From: Hyaloraphidium curvatum SAG 235-1 | Taxonomy: Eukaryota > Fungi > Monoblepharomycota | Direction of reading: 5' to 3' | Length of the DNA stretch: 64,000 nt | Assembly (NCBI GenBank): GCA_025558095.1 | Contig: JAIVFI010000022.1 | Location: 1 to 64,000 of the forward strand | Shown: positions 1 to 9,790 of the stretch, one piece after another | Numbering within the stretch: the first letter of the stretch is position 1 | How the letters are laid out: each line of letters opens with the position of its first letter | The notes under the pieces: model-generated | The model's database searches: none | What the model saw: the letters and a program-made list of their open reading frames with translations, nothing else | Told to the model about the DNA's origin: nothing | Translations under genes and position numbers: made by a program

Positions 1-2
1 GT

Positions 3-908
3 GGCATAGCGCGCCACATGCACGTTGACGACGGAGTCGTAGAAGCCGAGCCCGCCGTGGCGACGGGGCAAGAAGATCTGGTTCGTGAGGTCGCCATCTG
101 CGGGCGTGTTGGGGGCCGGAAAATGAGTTTGAGGAACGCCCGTAAGGGTGCGAAGGTACGTGTCGCGCATGGCCGCCCGGATTCGCATCGCTTCCGGGGC
201 CGTGATGCGGGCCGGCACGGTCTGCGCCGTGTAGGTGAACTGCTGGGCGAAGCACTTTTCCAGTACCAGGCCCAAGCTATGGCGAAGCGGCAGCTGGCGG
301 CCGGCTGAGGTGACGAGGCCCTGCTGGAGAGCTCTCCCCAGGGAAGGAAGCATGTCGATGATGCTCTGTGCGATGCCGTGGACGCGCTGCCGCAGGAAGT
401 CGTCCGTGCCGATGGGGATGCCGACGACGATGAAGCCGGCTGGGGCGTAGCGAAGGCGGTGTTCCTCGGCCATCGCGGCGAGGCGTTGCTGGGCGGTGGG
501 ATCGGGATCCGGCGAGAACACCTCCGACTGCTCCCTCGAGATACTCATGCCGTGTGCGGTGTAGGTCTGCTCGATCACCTCCACCGCCTGGAAGGCCGCG
601 GCGGGATGCCCGAGCACGGTGCTGTTGTCCGAGATCGAGAGGATGAAGACGCCGGGGAGGTCGCGAGCCGGCTGTAGGAGGCGGGAATTGGTGAGGTCGA
701 AGAGCATCCCGGCGTCTGCGCCGCCCTGGAAAGCGCCCGCGCAGCTGGAGATGGTCAGCGGTTCCCTCCGCGTCCCCGACGGGTCCGAGAACGTCACGGT
801 TGAAGGCCGGGAGTACATTGTCCGGGCCCATGGCGCCATACCCGGAACGTGCGCTCGGATCTCCTCGAAGGCGATGGCCCGCGGGAAGTTATTGTGGGCG
901 TTGGTTGT
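3..908 (-). mobile_element. 5'-truncated CRE-like non-LTR retrotransposon reverse transcriptase fragment (runs off window start), non-canonical catalytic motif
   Basis: Manual translation of the minus frame is open for ~300 codons: TTNAHNNFPR..MYSRPS..GAFQGGADAGMLF..ILSISDNSTVLG..GFIVVGIPIGTDDFL..QIFLPRRHGGLGF. It is collinear with ORF3 at 24403 (DSRNAFNTLRR, VYSRPS, GNIQGDPLSSAIF, ILGYLDDLTVVG, GLKVVGAPVGT, QVFLGLHYSGMGL). Confidence 0.85.
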
Positions 909-970
909 TCCGTTTGGCAAGTGATGGCAAGGCTTCCGAACGCCGTTCGCAACCCGGTCCAGGGTATAGG

Positions 971-1048
971 ATTCCTGGCCGTCACCGTCCGTTTGGTGAC
1001 TGGTGGCGACTGCCAGAATCGCCGATTCTGCGCCCAACAGGGTACTAG
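971..1048 (+). repeat. 78-bp double-hairpin repeat ending in CTAG, copy 1 (possible Helitron-like or other DNA-transposon terminus)
   Basis: Ungapped match to 1855-1932 (17 mismatches in 78). Hairpins GTCACC-N8-GGTGAC (981-1000) and CAGAATC-GCC-GATTCTG (1014-1030); CTAG at 1045-1048. Confidence 0.7.
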
Positions 1049-1854
1049 GCCAAGGACGACCACGGCGGGGGCCCCTCCCCCCACACACCAACCTCGTAGT
1101 CAGCGTCCCCCATCGCCAGAGCGTGTAAGCATGATACCGGCGAAGGCACAGGCACGTGCGCGGGAGCCCTAGAGCGGTACCCTCCGAGCGCGGACGCGGC
1201 GACGGTCCGGGTCCACGGACTTGGCCCACGCGCAAAACCGCGTCCCCGTTCCGGCAAACGGCAGAGGACACGCGCTTCGGTCGCGCAAGGCAACGGGTAG
1301 CGTCGCAGGGCGGGGCACCGGTGGGGAAGGGGGTGGCAGCCGTGTCCGTGTCCGGTTTGGTCGCAGCGCCGGCGCCGGTTCCCCAACCGTCAGCGGACCC
1401 CGCGCCGCCGCCAGCCGGTAGCGCGCCATACTGCGTCGAGCCCATGGGGGCCGCGGAGCCGGCAGAGGGGAACTCGGGGTGTGGGCGACGGCGCCGCAAG
1501 GTCGTCCCGCGTCCGTCCGCCCCCCGCGCAACTCGACCTCACCCCACACCCGGATACACCTCGGGTGCCTTCGTTGCGCCAGCAGCGGCAGCGCGCTATA
1601 GCATTGAAGGCGCTGTGAGGACCGCGGACCGCGCTGAGGGGAAGGGGCGGACCTCTACTAGTCGGGACCCGGCCCGCGTCTGCCTTCCTCGCCGGCGTCC
1701 GCGCACTACACCTCCTCTCGGGCTATCAGCCTACTGGTGCATAGCGCTGGAGCTGGCGGTATCGTCAGTGCCCAGCGGCTCCGTTTCTACGCGGAGTTGT
1801 GGGCAAGGCTGCGTTCCGGAGTTGGGCGGGACGGAGGTGACGCCAAGAAACGCC

Positions 1855-1932
1855 GTTCCTGGGAGTCGCCACCCGTGTGGCGACTTGTGGCGACTCGTAG
1901 AAACGCCGTTTCTACACCCAACAAGGTACTAG
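1855..1932 (+). repeat. 78-bp double-hairpin repeat ending in CTAG, copy 2
   Basis: Hairpins GTCGCCAC-CCGT-GTGGCGAC (1865-1884) and GTAGAAAC-GCC-GTTTCTAC (1897-1915); CTAG at 1929-1932. Directly abuts a 5'-truncated host gene. Confidence 0.7.
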
Positions 1933-2567
1933 AACCCATCCAGCGCGGACCTCCAGGGCCAGGCCGAGCTCCACGTCCGGCTGCATCGCGCCGTTGCAGC
2001 CGTTACTCGCAGGGCCAAGGACTACTCGCGGATCTTCAAGATTGTTGTCTTGATGCCCGCGGCCGTGGCTGGGGTCATCGTCAACGCCGTGAGCTCGCAC
2101 GCCTACAAACGCCTCGTGCCTGCTCACCGCCGGCCCTCCAGGCAACCGGCTCCTGCATCCCGGCCTACCTCGTCATCGAATCCGCCAACATCCTTGCCTT
2201 CCACGCCATCCCCCTTCTCGACGCCGCGGCCTCCAACGCCGGTTTGGACGCGCTCGTCGGTCTCTACCGCGGCGCCCGCTCGCGCCTCATCCGCCTCCTT
2301 GCCGACTCGTCCGCCGACGCTTTGCACTCCACCTCCCTGCCGGACCCCGCCCTCCCCGCCGTGCGGAAGCTAGTTTCGGACCACGCGGACCTGCTCCTCT
2401 CGTTCGAGTCGCTGTCGGCGTACCGCGCGACGTTCCTCGGGTTCGCGGTCGAGTTCGGCACGCTGCGGGCGCTGGCCGCCGGGCTGTTCACCGTCGGAGT
2501 CGGGCTGTGGAGCGTGTTCCGCGGGGCGGGGGTTGGCGTGGTGATGGACGTGTTCTGCCCCGCGTGA
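1933..2567 (+). pseudogene. 5'-truncated multi-pass membrane protein gene (C-terminal part)
   Basis: Strong GC3 coding frame, intron 2089-2141 (GTGAGC...CTCCAG), hydrophobic segments (IFKIVVLMPAAVAGVIVNA/ATGSCIPAYL; FLGFAVEFGTLRALAAGLFTVGVGLWSV). No N-terminus upstream of the CTAG junction. Confidence 0.6.
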
Positions 2568-2779
2568 GGGCGGATTGGGCGCGACGCTGGCGCGAGAGGC
2601 GACGCACGCGCTTGTGGGGAGCATGCGAGCGGGCGGATCACATGTAAGGGGTACGATCTGCTTCTAGATATGGCTTCGGTGCCTTGCATCTGCTCTGCGG
2701 GAGCCGGGGCCGTCAGCTCGGCGGCCCGCACCGTCCCCGGCCGCGTCCGCTTCAGCTCCTCCCGGCCGAGGAGTATGGG

Positions 2780-2882
2780 CCGAAAGGCGAAGAGCACCGA
2801 GGTCCGTACTCGCAGCTCCCGCAGCGCCGTCGGCATGTGAAGCTGACGGCTCGCGGAGTTCCCGGTCGCGTCCATGGTCAGC
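2780..2882 (+). promoter_or_regulatory. Dispersed ~100-bp upstream element with CATGTGAA (ICRE/UAS-INO-like E-box), copy 1
   Basis: Homologous to the reverse complement of 36069-36192 (shared blocks CCGAAAGGCGAAGA, GAGGTCCGTAC, GGCATGTGAAGCT, GGAGTTCCCGG, CCATGGTCAGC). Ends ~250 bp upstream of the kinase ATG. Confidence 0.45.
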
Positions 2883-3135
2883 GACCCGACGCAGATCCGC
2901 AATCGACTCATTCGTCCGGAACCTGTGTCCAACGAGCCTCGACGGATCTCCCCCGACCCGGCTGTCGGACGGCCCCAACGGTTGAGGAGCCGGGCTGGTT
3001 GCGCACAGCCGCCTGTCCTTGCGAGATTGCGCTCCCCCGCCGATACCGGGCCACCAGGGGGCGATGGGGCTCGTGGAGGCGTCGTAACTCCTTGCCGTGG
3101 AGGCGGAGACGGCGATTGCCGGCGGGGAGGGCGAG

Positions 3136-4206
3136 ATGCCGCCGGGGGAGCGTGCGGAGGGGGTGCCGCCGCCGGTCCCCCCGGACGGGGAACGGCTCGA
3201 GGGCGTGCACCCCGCGGACCCGGCCGTGGCCGCCGCTGCCGCCGCCCTGCTCTCCAAGATGCCGTTCCTCGACTCCGCGGCGGTGTTCGGCGCCCTCGGC
3301 GGCGGCATCACCAACCGCAACGTGTTGGTCGCGCACGGGCCGGGCAGGCAGCTCTCGGTGCTCCGCGTGCCGGGGAAGGACACGGCGCTGCTGTGCATTT
3401 CCCGCGAGGCGGAGCGGGCGGCTGCGACGGCGGCGGCGGGGCTGGGCATCGCGCCCGCCGTCCGCGGGCACCTGGCGAACGAGGGCGTGCTCCTCACGGC
3501 CTTTGTCCCCGGCGCGCGCACTCTCGATCCCGAGGCGGCGAGGGACCCGGCGGTGCTGGCCCGCCTCGCCGCGATGCTGAGGAAGTTCCACGCGCTCCCG
3601 CCCCTGCCCTCGCGGTTCGACGCCTTCGAGGTTCCCGGACTGCACCTCGCCGCCGCGCTCTCCCGCGGCATCCCGGAACCCCCGCTGTACGCCGCCGCCT
3701 CCGCCATCGCCGCCCGTATCCGCCGCGCGTTCGACGCGAGCCCGGAGCCCAGGGTGCCGTGCCACAACGACCTGCTCCCCGCCAACGTGCTCGTTTCGCC
3801 CGGGCGGGCCTGGTTGATCGATTGGGAATACGCCGGGACGAACGACAAATACTTTGACCTGGGCAACCTGAGCGTCAACTGCGGCCTCGGCGGTGCCGAG
3901 GAGGACCTCCTCCTGCGGGAGTACTTTGGGGGCCGGCCCACCGCGCGGCGCAAGGCCAGGCTGCGGCTGATGAAGGTCATGAGCGACTTCCGCGAGGCCA
4001 TGTGGGGCACCGTGCAGCGCGCCATCGGGCTCAAGGGCGTGCTCGACTACGAGGAGTACGCGGAGAAGCACTTTTCGAGGATGATGGAGAACGCGGCGGA
4101 TGCGGGGTTCGGGAAGCTGCTGGAGGAGGCGGCGGGGCCGGAGGAGGGGGCTGTGGAGGGGTTCGTGGGGGCCAAGGCGGACTCGGAGGGCGGGTCCGAG
4201 GACTGA
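3136..4206 (+). CDS. Choline/ethanolamine kinase (APH/ChoK phosphotransferase family), intronless
   Basis: LGGGITNRN loop, Brenner motif CHNDLLPAN, IDWEYAG..FDLGN, C-terminal MSDFREAMWG. The start is uncertain (first ATG used). Confidence 0.85.
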   Translation: MPPGERAEGVPPPVPPDGERLEGVHPADPAVAAAAAALLSKMPFLDSAAVFGALGGGITNRNVLVAHGPGRQLSVLRVPGKDTALLCISREAERAAATAAAGLGIAPAVRGHLANEGVLLTAFVPGARTLDPEAARDPAVLARLAAMLRKFHALPPLPSRFDAFEVPGLHLAAALSRGIPEPPLYAAASAIAARIRRAFDASPEPRVPCHNDLLPANVLVSPGRAWLIDWEYAGTNDKYFDLGNLSVNCGLGGAEEDLLLREYFGGRPTARRKARLRLMKVMSDFREAMWGTVQRAIGLKGVLDYEEYAEKHFSRMMENAADAGFGKLLEEAAGPEEGAVEGFVGAKADSEGGSED

Positions 4207-4249
4207 TGGTCTGTGGAGGAGTCAACTATCTGGCCTGATTCGAAACGTA

Positions 4250-4341
4250 ATGTAGCGCGCCGAGCCGGCCGGTGATGTAGCAGCGACCGCCTTACGCGGA
4301 ACATGTAGGCCGCATGACATGTAGCATGTAGCCCAATGTAG
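4250..4341 (+). repeat. Cluster of six ATGTAG hexamers
   Basis: ATGTAG at 4250, 4275, 4303, 4319, 4326 and 4336, just 3' of the kinase stop. Confidence 0.7.
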
Positions 4342-4476
4342 AGACCCAACGGCATCTCCAATCATGTGTGATCCGCCTTTGCTAAGAAGGCCGGCCGCTT
4401 CACGGGGGGATCGAGTCACATGCCGCCCGGTCCCCTTCAGCCGAGTGGCGGTGCACCAAGCAACCACGCAACCGAA

Positions 4477-5226
4477 ATGCCGAGGCGAAAGGCACAATAC
4501 CGGCGCCGGCGACGCCGGCGGACGCTCTTCAGGCGGAGACCTGCCGCGATGGCCGGCGCGAGGGCGGGCAGGCGGCGCGGGCGGGCGGCGCGGGCGGCGG
4601 ACGCGGGGCGAGTCACTCCCGCAATTCCGGCCCCAGAACAGGCGGGCGACGGAGTGACGGACGGATGCGGGGCGTCGAAGGCGGCGCCCGCGGGAGGCGC
4701 GCTGCTGGCGGCCCTCACGTCGCTGCGGATGGCGCTCCCCGGGGCGCTGCTCTCCTTCTTCCCCGCGCTCGGGCTCGCGCTGCTCGTCCGCGGGCAGCCG
4801 CCGGTCCCCGCCGCAATCGCCGCGCTTTACGCGATGAAAGCGACGATCCGGGACGTCGTCTGCGGGACGCTGGCGACGGCGGCGCTCGCGGCCGCGGGGG
4901 TGGAGGACCGGCTGCGGCCCGCGGCGGAGCGCGCGGCACCCCGGGGCAAGGCGGACCTCGTTCGGTCGGGGATGCTGGGAACGATCGCCGGAATATGTGT
5001 GCTTGTCGTCCGCGAACTGTTCGCCCGGACACACCCCGCGAAGGCGGCGCGGGACCTCGCCGGCGCCGCATCGGCATCCGCCGCCGCGCTCGCGGGGCTG
5101 GTGGCCGCCGACGTCGCGCTGCCGTGCCGCTCGTTCCCCGTGGGGATCGCGTGCGGGATCGTCGGGGGACTGGCGGGGAGCGCGGGGGGTTGGGCGGCGG
5201 ATGCGGTGACGGGGAGGGCGGGGTGA
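4477..5226 (+). CDS. Hypothetical multi-pass membrane protein
   Basis: Several Ala/Leu/Gly-rich hydrophobic stretches and high GC3; start uncertain. Confidence 0.4.
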   Translation: MPRRKAQYRRRRRRRTLFRRRPAAMAGARAGRRRGRAARAADAGRVTPAIPAPEQAGDGVTDGCGASKAAPAGGALLAALTSLRMALPGALLSFFPALGLALLVRGQPPVPAAIAALYAMKATIRDVVCGTLATAALAAAGVEDRLRPAAERAAPRGKADLVRSGMLGTIAGICVLVVRELFARTHPAKAARDLAGAASASAAALAGLVAADVALPCRSFPVGIACGIVGGLAGSAGGWAADAVTGRAG

Positions 5227-5633
5227 GGGGCGGAACAGCAGACGTGGGGGGCCGTGGGAGGAGGGCAAAAAGCAAGGTGGATGTACGGCACGCAAGTGCC
5301 GATGCCAATCCAGCTCGTCCTGCTCCTCCTGCGGTTCAGGATCGGCCGACCGGGCCTTGAGCAGGCGCTCCGGTCCGACGACTCGCCGCCACCCGGAAGC
5401 CGCCACCCGGAAGCCGCCCGCCGTTTGCCGCTTCCCCGCGGACTTCCCAGCGGCACGCCGAAAGCCGGGTCGGTCGGCCGGACATTGCCGATAGAAGTTC
5501 TGTAAGTGCGGTGGCGGTGTCGCCGTGTCTTCAGCGGTGGAAGTCGCCGGAACCGGATCGACCGGGCAAGGGCACGACGGGGGAAAGTCGGGTGCAGCTG
5601 ACGGAAGGCCCCGTTTCCCCCCGTCCCCGCGAT

Positions 5634-6460
5634 ATGCCGCGCGCCTCCCTCGCCTTCCTCGTCTTTCTCGCGCTCGCCGCCTCCCCCGCGGCCGCCCGCA
5701 CCCCGTGCGCCAACGCGACGCTCCCCGCCACGCCCGCCGACTTCTCCTCCCCCTTCTTCTGGAGCGGCAACGGCACCACCGCCACCCTCCGCGCCACGGG
5801 GGCGCGCCTGTTCAACTGCTCGACGGGCACCCCGCAGCCGCAGTCCGGCGGGCTGGTGGCCGTCGAGGGCGGCGTCGGCGTGTGGCAGCCGCCGCCGGGC
5901 ACGCCGCCGGGGCAGAGGCTGCCCAGGTGGACGGGCGTCGGGTTCTACCCGGACGCAAATGGGAACGGCACGTTCGTGCTGGAGAGCACCGGGGACGAGG
6001 GGCAGTTCAACCTGACGCTCAACTACGCGACCGTGGGCTGTCCTTGCCCACCGCACCGATTTCCGCCCCTCCTCACTGACTCTCCCGCCCCTTGCGTAGG
6101 TCCTCTTCGTCGACTCGCCGACGGGCCAGCTGCCCTGGGCCCGCTGGCTCGTGTTCACCTCCCCGTCCAGCGTCGCGGACAAGTACGGCCTCGACTTCGG
6201 GGTGCGCTTCGAAACGCAGGGGGGCGCGGTGCCGGCCAACTGCTCGCGGGCCGTGAACGGTGTGTCCGACCGCGACGTCGTTCGGGGGGTCAGGCTGACG
6301 GACCGCGATGGGGATCGCAGGTATCGTCACGGTGCCGTACAACGCGACGTACAGGTTCGGATCGTGCCCGCAGCCGCGGCCGGGCTCCGCGGCAAGGATC
6401 GGCGGGGGGGCGGGAGGGATGCTGGCGGCCGCCGCGGCGGTCGTGGCGCTCCTCTTGTGA
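5634..6460 (+). CDS. Secreted, probably GPI-anchored DUF3455-family protein (exons 5634-6032, 6100-6259, 6321-6460)
   Basis: Signal peptide MPRASLAFLVFLALAA; motifs LRATGARLFNC, QLPWARWL, RFETQGGAVPANC, VPYNATYRF; hydrophobic tail MLAAAAAVVALLL*. The introns splice in frame. Confidence 0.7.
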
Positions 6461-6620
6461 GGGACGACGGGGGATCAAGGTGGTGGAGGCGGACGAAGCC
6501 GGCCGAAGCGGAGCCATGAAGACATTAGCTTGTTGGAGAAAGGGACGGAGGAAGTGGGAAGAGGTGCTCGATTCGCCAGAAGGATCCAACGTGCCGAGCC
6601 CTCGCAGCCTTTGCAGCCCG

Positions 6621-7322
6621 TCAATGCCCCCCTCCCGCGGCCTTGGGTTCGACGTACGACGAGCTCAGGATGGCAAACACCTCCTGCGACGGCCTCCACG
6701 TCTTCTCCATCGGCGGCAGCGCGGCGTCGAACTCGTCCGCCGCCTTGCCGTCCCCGCCGTAATGGTCGAAAACCTCGCTCTGGTGGAACGCCCACGTCCT
6801 CCCTTCGAGCGCCTCGTGCCGGAGCACGCGGACGAGCAGGCCGGTAGGGTGCCGGCCTTCGGGGTCGGTCACGCCGCAGGAAGCGGAGCTGCGGAAGCCG
6901 GAGGAGCAGTAGTTGTTCGGGTCCCCGAGGATCACGATGGCGGGGCAGCCCTCGGCCTCGGCGAGAGCGACGGTCGCGCCGATCAGGGCCTTGCCGATCC
7001 CCTTGCGCTGGTGCGCGGGGTCCACGGCGATGGGGCCGAAGGTGAGGGTCTGGAGGACCTCCCCCGTGCCCGAGGTGAGGGTCGAGCGGGTGTAGGCGAT
7101 GTGCCCCGCGACCGTCCCGTCGGGCAGCTCCGCCACGCGGCACAGGTCCGCCCTGAAATCGGGGTGATCGCGCAGCACGTGCAGGAGGTAGTGCTCGTCG
7201 CAGCCGGGCCGGTAGATGTTGTAGAAGGCGCGCCGGACGAGGTGCGTGACGGCGTCGCGGTCGGCGGGGGTTTCGGGGCGGATCGCGAAGCCGGCCGAGG
7301 GGGAGGTGGTGGAGGGAGGCAT
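6621..7322 (-). CDS. GNAT N-acetyltransferase (YhbS-like), intronless
   Basis: IRPETPAD N-terminus, acetyl-CoA motif A GPIAVDPAHQRKGIGKALI, motif B IVILGDPNNY..GF. Confidence 0.85.
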   Translation of the reverse strand: MPPSTTSPSAGFAIRPETPADRDAVTHLVRRAFYNIYRPGCDEHYLLHVLRDHPDFRADLCRVAELPDGTVAGHIAYTRSTLTSGTGEVLQTLTFGPIAVDPAHQRKGIGKALIGATVALAEAEGCPAIVILGDPNNYCSSGFRSSASCGVTDPEGRHPTGLLVRVLRHEALEGRTWAFHQSEVFDHYGGDGKAADEFDAALPPMEKTWRPSQEVFAILSSSYVEPKAAGGGH

Positions 7323-7499
7323 CGGACGCGTCCCAGATGGCGTTGGAGGAACGATGGCACTTTATTTGGCAGAGAGCGGGACCTCTCCACCGCGGACGAA
7401 CCGCGGGCCAAATCGGCCAAGGGACTTCCGCCACCCCTCATCCGGCCCGATGGCGTCTCCGCTGTCTCCCTTCCCGCCGCTAAACCCGCTCGTCGTCCG

Positions 7500-7915
7500 C
7501 GTCATGGCCGCGGCGCTGACTGCCCCAATCGTGGCGCGGCTGGATCGATGGCGTGGACGGGCTGGTGCGCGTCCGAATGCCGCTGGTGAGGTGCTACGAG
7601 CCGGAGGAGATGTGCCGGGGCCGCGGCCGCGCGGCGACCTCGGCGCTGTGCGCGTGCCGGTGTCTGGGCTCGCAGCCCTTTTCGTCATGCTGCTCTCAAC
7701 CGCGGGGCACGGCGGAGGGACTGGGACCAGGACTACGGGCACTTCCCTCGCGCTGCTGGGCGATGGAGGGCCGCTGTGAGGACTGCCGACCCGTCCGCTT
7801 TTCGGCACGCCGCCGCGCCATGGGCTGCTCCTTCGGGCTGTCCGCTATTACCCTCCCGCCGTGGCTGCGCGCCCACGCCCCCGACGCCGGCCGCGGCGCG
7901 CTGATGGCAAGGTGA
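7500..7915 (+). pseudogene. Degenerate membrane-protein gene fragment, paralogous to 14280-15100
   Basis: Nucleotide similarity to the reverse complement of ~14780-15060; FGLSAITLPPWLRAHA vs FGLFAVALPLWLRAHA; stops and frameshifts. Confidence 0.5.
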
Positions 7916-9282
7916 CGCTGAACCGCTCACGGGATCGACGCGCCGTTCCGGCTGCGCGCGCTCTCACGCGCCAAGGCCGTAAGGTTGACGGAGGTTGGCG
8001 GGGTTGGACAAGATCGTGAGGCTCGCTGCTTGGGGCAGGCTTTTCCCCCGAGCATGGCAAGGCGCTGGACGGGCTCTTTGCCGACCCGCCCGTACCCGGG
8101 AAACCTGTCAAAACCGAGCGTGCCAGTCCCGGGGCTCGTGCCGGGCCACCCGTACCTGCCCAACTGCTCCCTCGCCCGCCCACCGCCGTCGGACAACGCC
8201 TGGGTTAGGATCGCACGTTCCTGGCCACTCGCAGCACATACGACCGGCCGCTCAGGGTGGTTCTGACCGTGAGCGCCGCTGGCGGGGGGTACCTTGCCGG
8301 GAAAAGGAGGAGCGTTTCCGCCCCACAGCATTGGCGCCTCGGTGCTGGTGGCCAGCCTGGCCTTGCCGACTCCCCCCGCTCGGGCCGGGGAACGCCGCCC
8401 GCCGCCTGGGCTCGGCAGGTCCGCCTTCCCCCGCGCCTCGCGCGGCGCCATATCGCTCGCAGCCTTGGCCTGCCTGGACATCCGCGAGCGGGACCTTCGG
8501 AGCGACGCCCGCGCCTGAAGCTCCTCCGCGTGGACTCGGCGGGTCCTACCGACGGAGCGTGGGAGAACGACCATGACGGGGGCGGAGCTTCGAGCCGTGA
8601 AGCTCGTGGTCCCAGCGGTGTCGTCGGGGCCCTCAGCCGGATCGGAATTCGGACGGAGATCGGGCCTGGAGCTGGTCGTTGGCCGGTCTGCGCCGATCGT
8701 TCACGAAGCATCCGGCCGACGCAGGTGTGGTTCCACCCCGAGGTGCTCGCTAAGCCTAAAGTGTCTATCAGACGCGGATATGACCACACTAAACGTGCAA
8801 TATAACACAGAAGAAACGTAATTATTCACGTCATCCTCTTCTTCAAAGGCCGCTCCAGGAGAGTGCGCGACTGCGGCTGCAGTCGGCCCCGTGCAGGTCT
8901 TGCCCAGGCCTGTACACCTGACTCACGGCCGTCCGCCTTCGCACTTGCGCTTGCCCGTCTTGCACTGCATGCTGCTTCCGGTGTCAGGCCCCTCCACCAC
9001 AGCGCGAACGAGGGGCTCACCAAGGGACGGTCCGCTTCCATCCTTTACGAGTCGGTTCAGGGCCCAGTTGCGCCTCCGTGTCGAGCTTGCGCTTCCGCGA
9101 GGGAGTGGCGATGACACCGGAGGGCCGAGTCGCGCTGGCTGCCCAAGAAAAGGTCGGGATGTGCTGCGCAAGCGGTGAGCACCGCTACGCCGAACAGCAA
9201 TCAGGGCCGTACTAAACGAGGGTCGAGGAATCTGAGGTAGGCGTAGTAGACAAAGCGCCCCATCGAACGTCGGAGGGCATTA

Positions 9283-9790
9283 GGATCCACGCCGGCTGGG
9301 TTTCGAGGAACTCGCGCGGGGTGAGGACCGGGGAGGAGGAGAAGGCGAGGAGGGTGAAGAGGCGGCCGAGGGCCGCGAGCGGGGTGGCGTCGCCGCCGGC
9401 GGGGAGCGGGTGCTCGCGGCGGAAGGCGCCGAACGCGAACGCCATGGCCTCTTCGCGCAGCAGGCTCTTTGTCGGCGGCCCGTCGGAAGCGGCCGGCTCG
9501 TAGAGGGCCACCCCGCCGGCGGCAAACACACTCTGCAGCAGCGCGTTCATGAAGCACGTGTTGCCGAGGTTCGAGAGGCCCTTGGGCTCGGGCGGCAGCG
9601 CGTCCAGGGCGTCCGAGTACTCGCGTGGCGTGCTCGCGGGCCCGTGCGCCGCACGCCGCCGCCGCCGGGGATGCCCGCGAACGCGTCGTCGAAGAGGGCG
9701 CGCAGCGCGGCGAGGCGGGCGTGCTCGACGGAGGGGTCGGCGTGCGCGTGGTTGCGGAGGAAGGCAAAGGCAGGGGCGAGCACGGGGCCG
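9283..9790 (-). pseudogene. Ubiquitin-specific protease (peptidase C19) N-terminal fragment
   Basis: Cys box GLSNLGNTCFMNALLQ; truncated at ~9283, just before the QQD motif; no His box. Confidence 0.8.

Noticed and set aside
2770-2800. Hammerhead or HDV ribozyme at GGCCGAAAGGCGAA
   Set aside because: No CUGAnGA core, and the required upstream pairing is not conserved in the second copy.
5511-7589. 692-aa ORF
   Set aside because: Chimera of DUF3455 exon 1, introns and the antisense of the GNAT gene.
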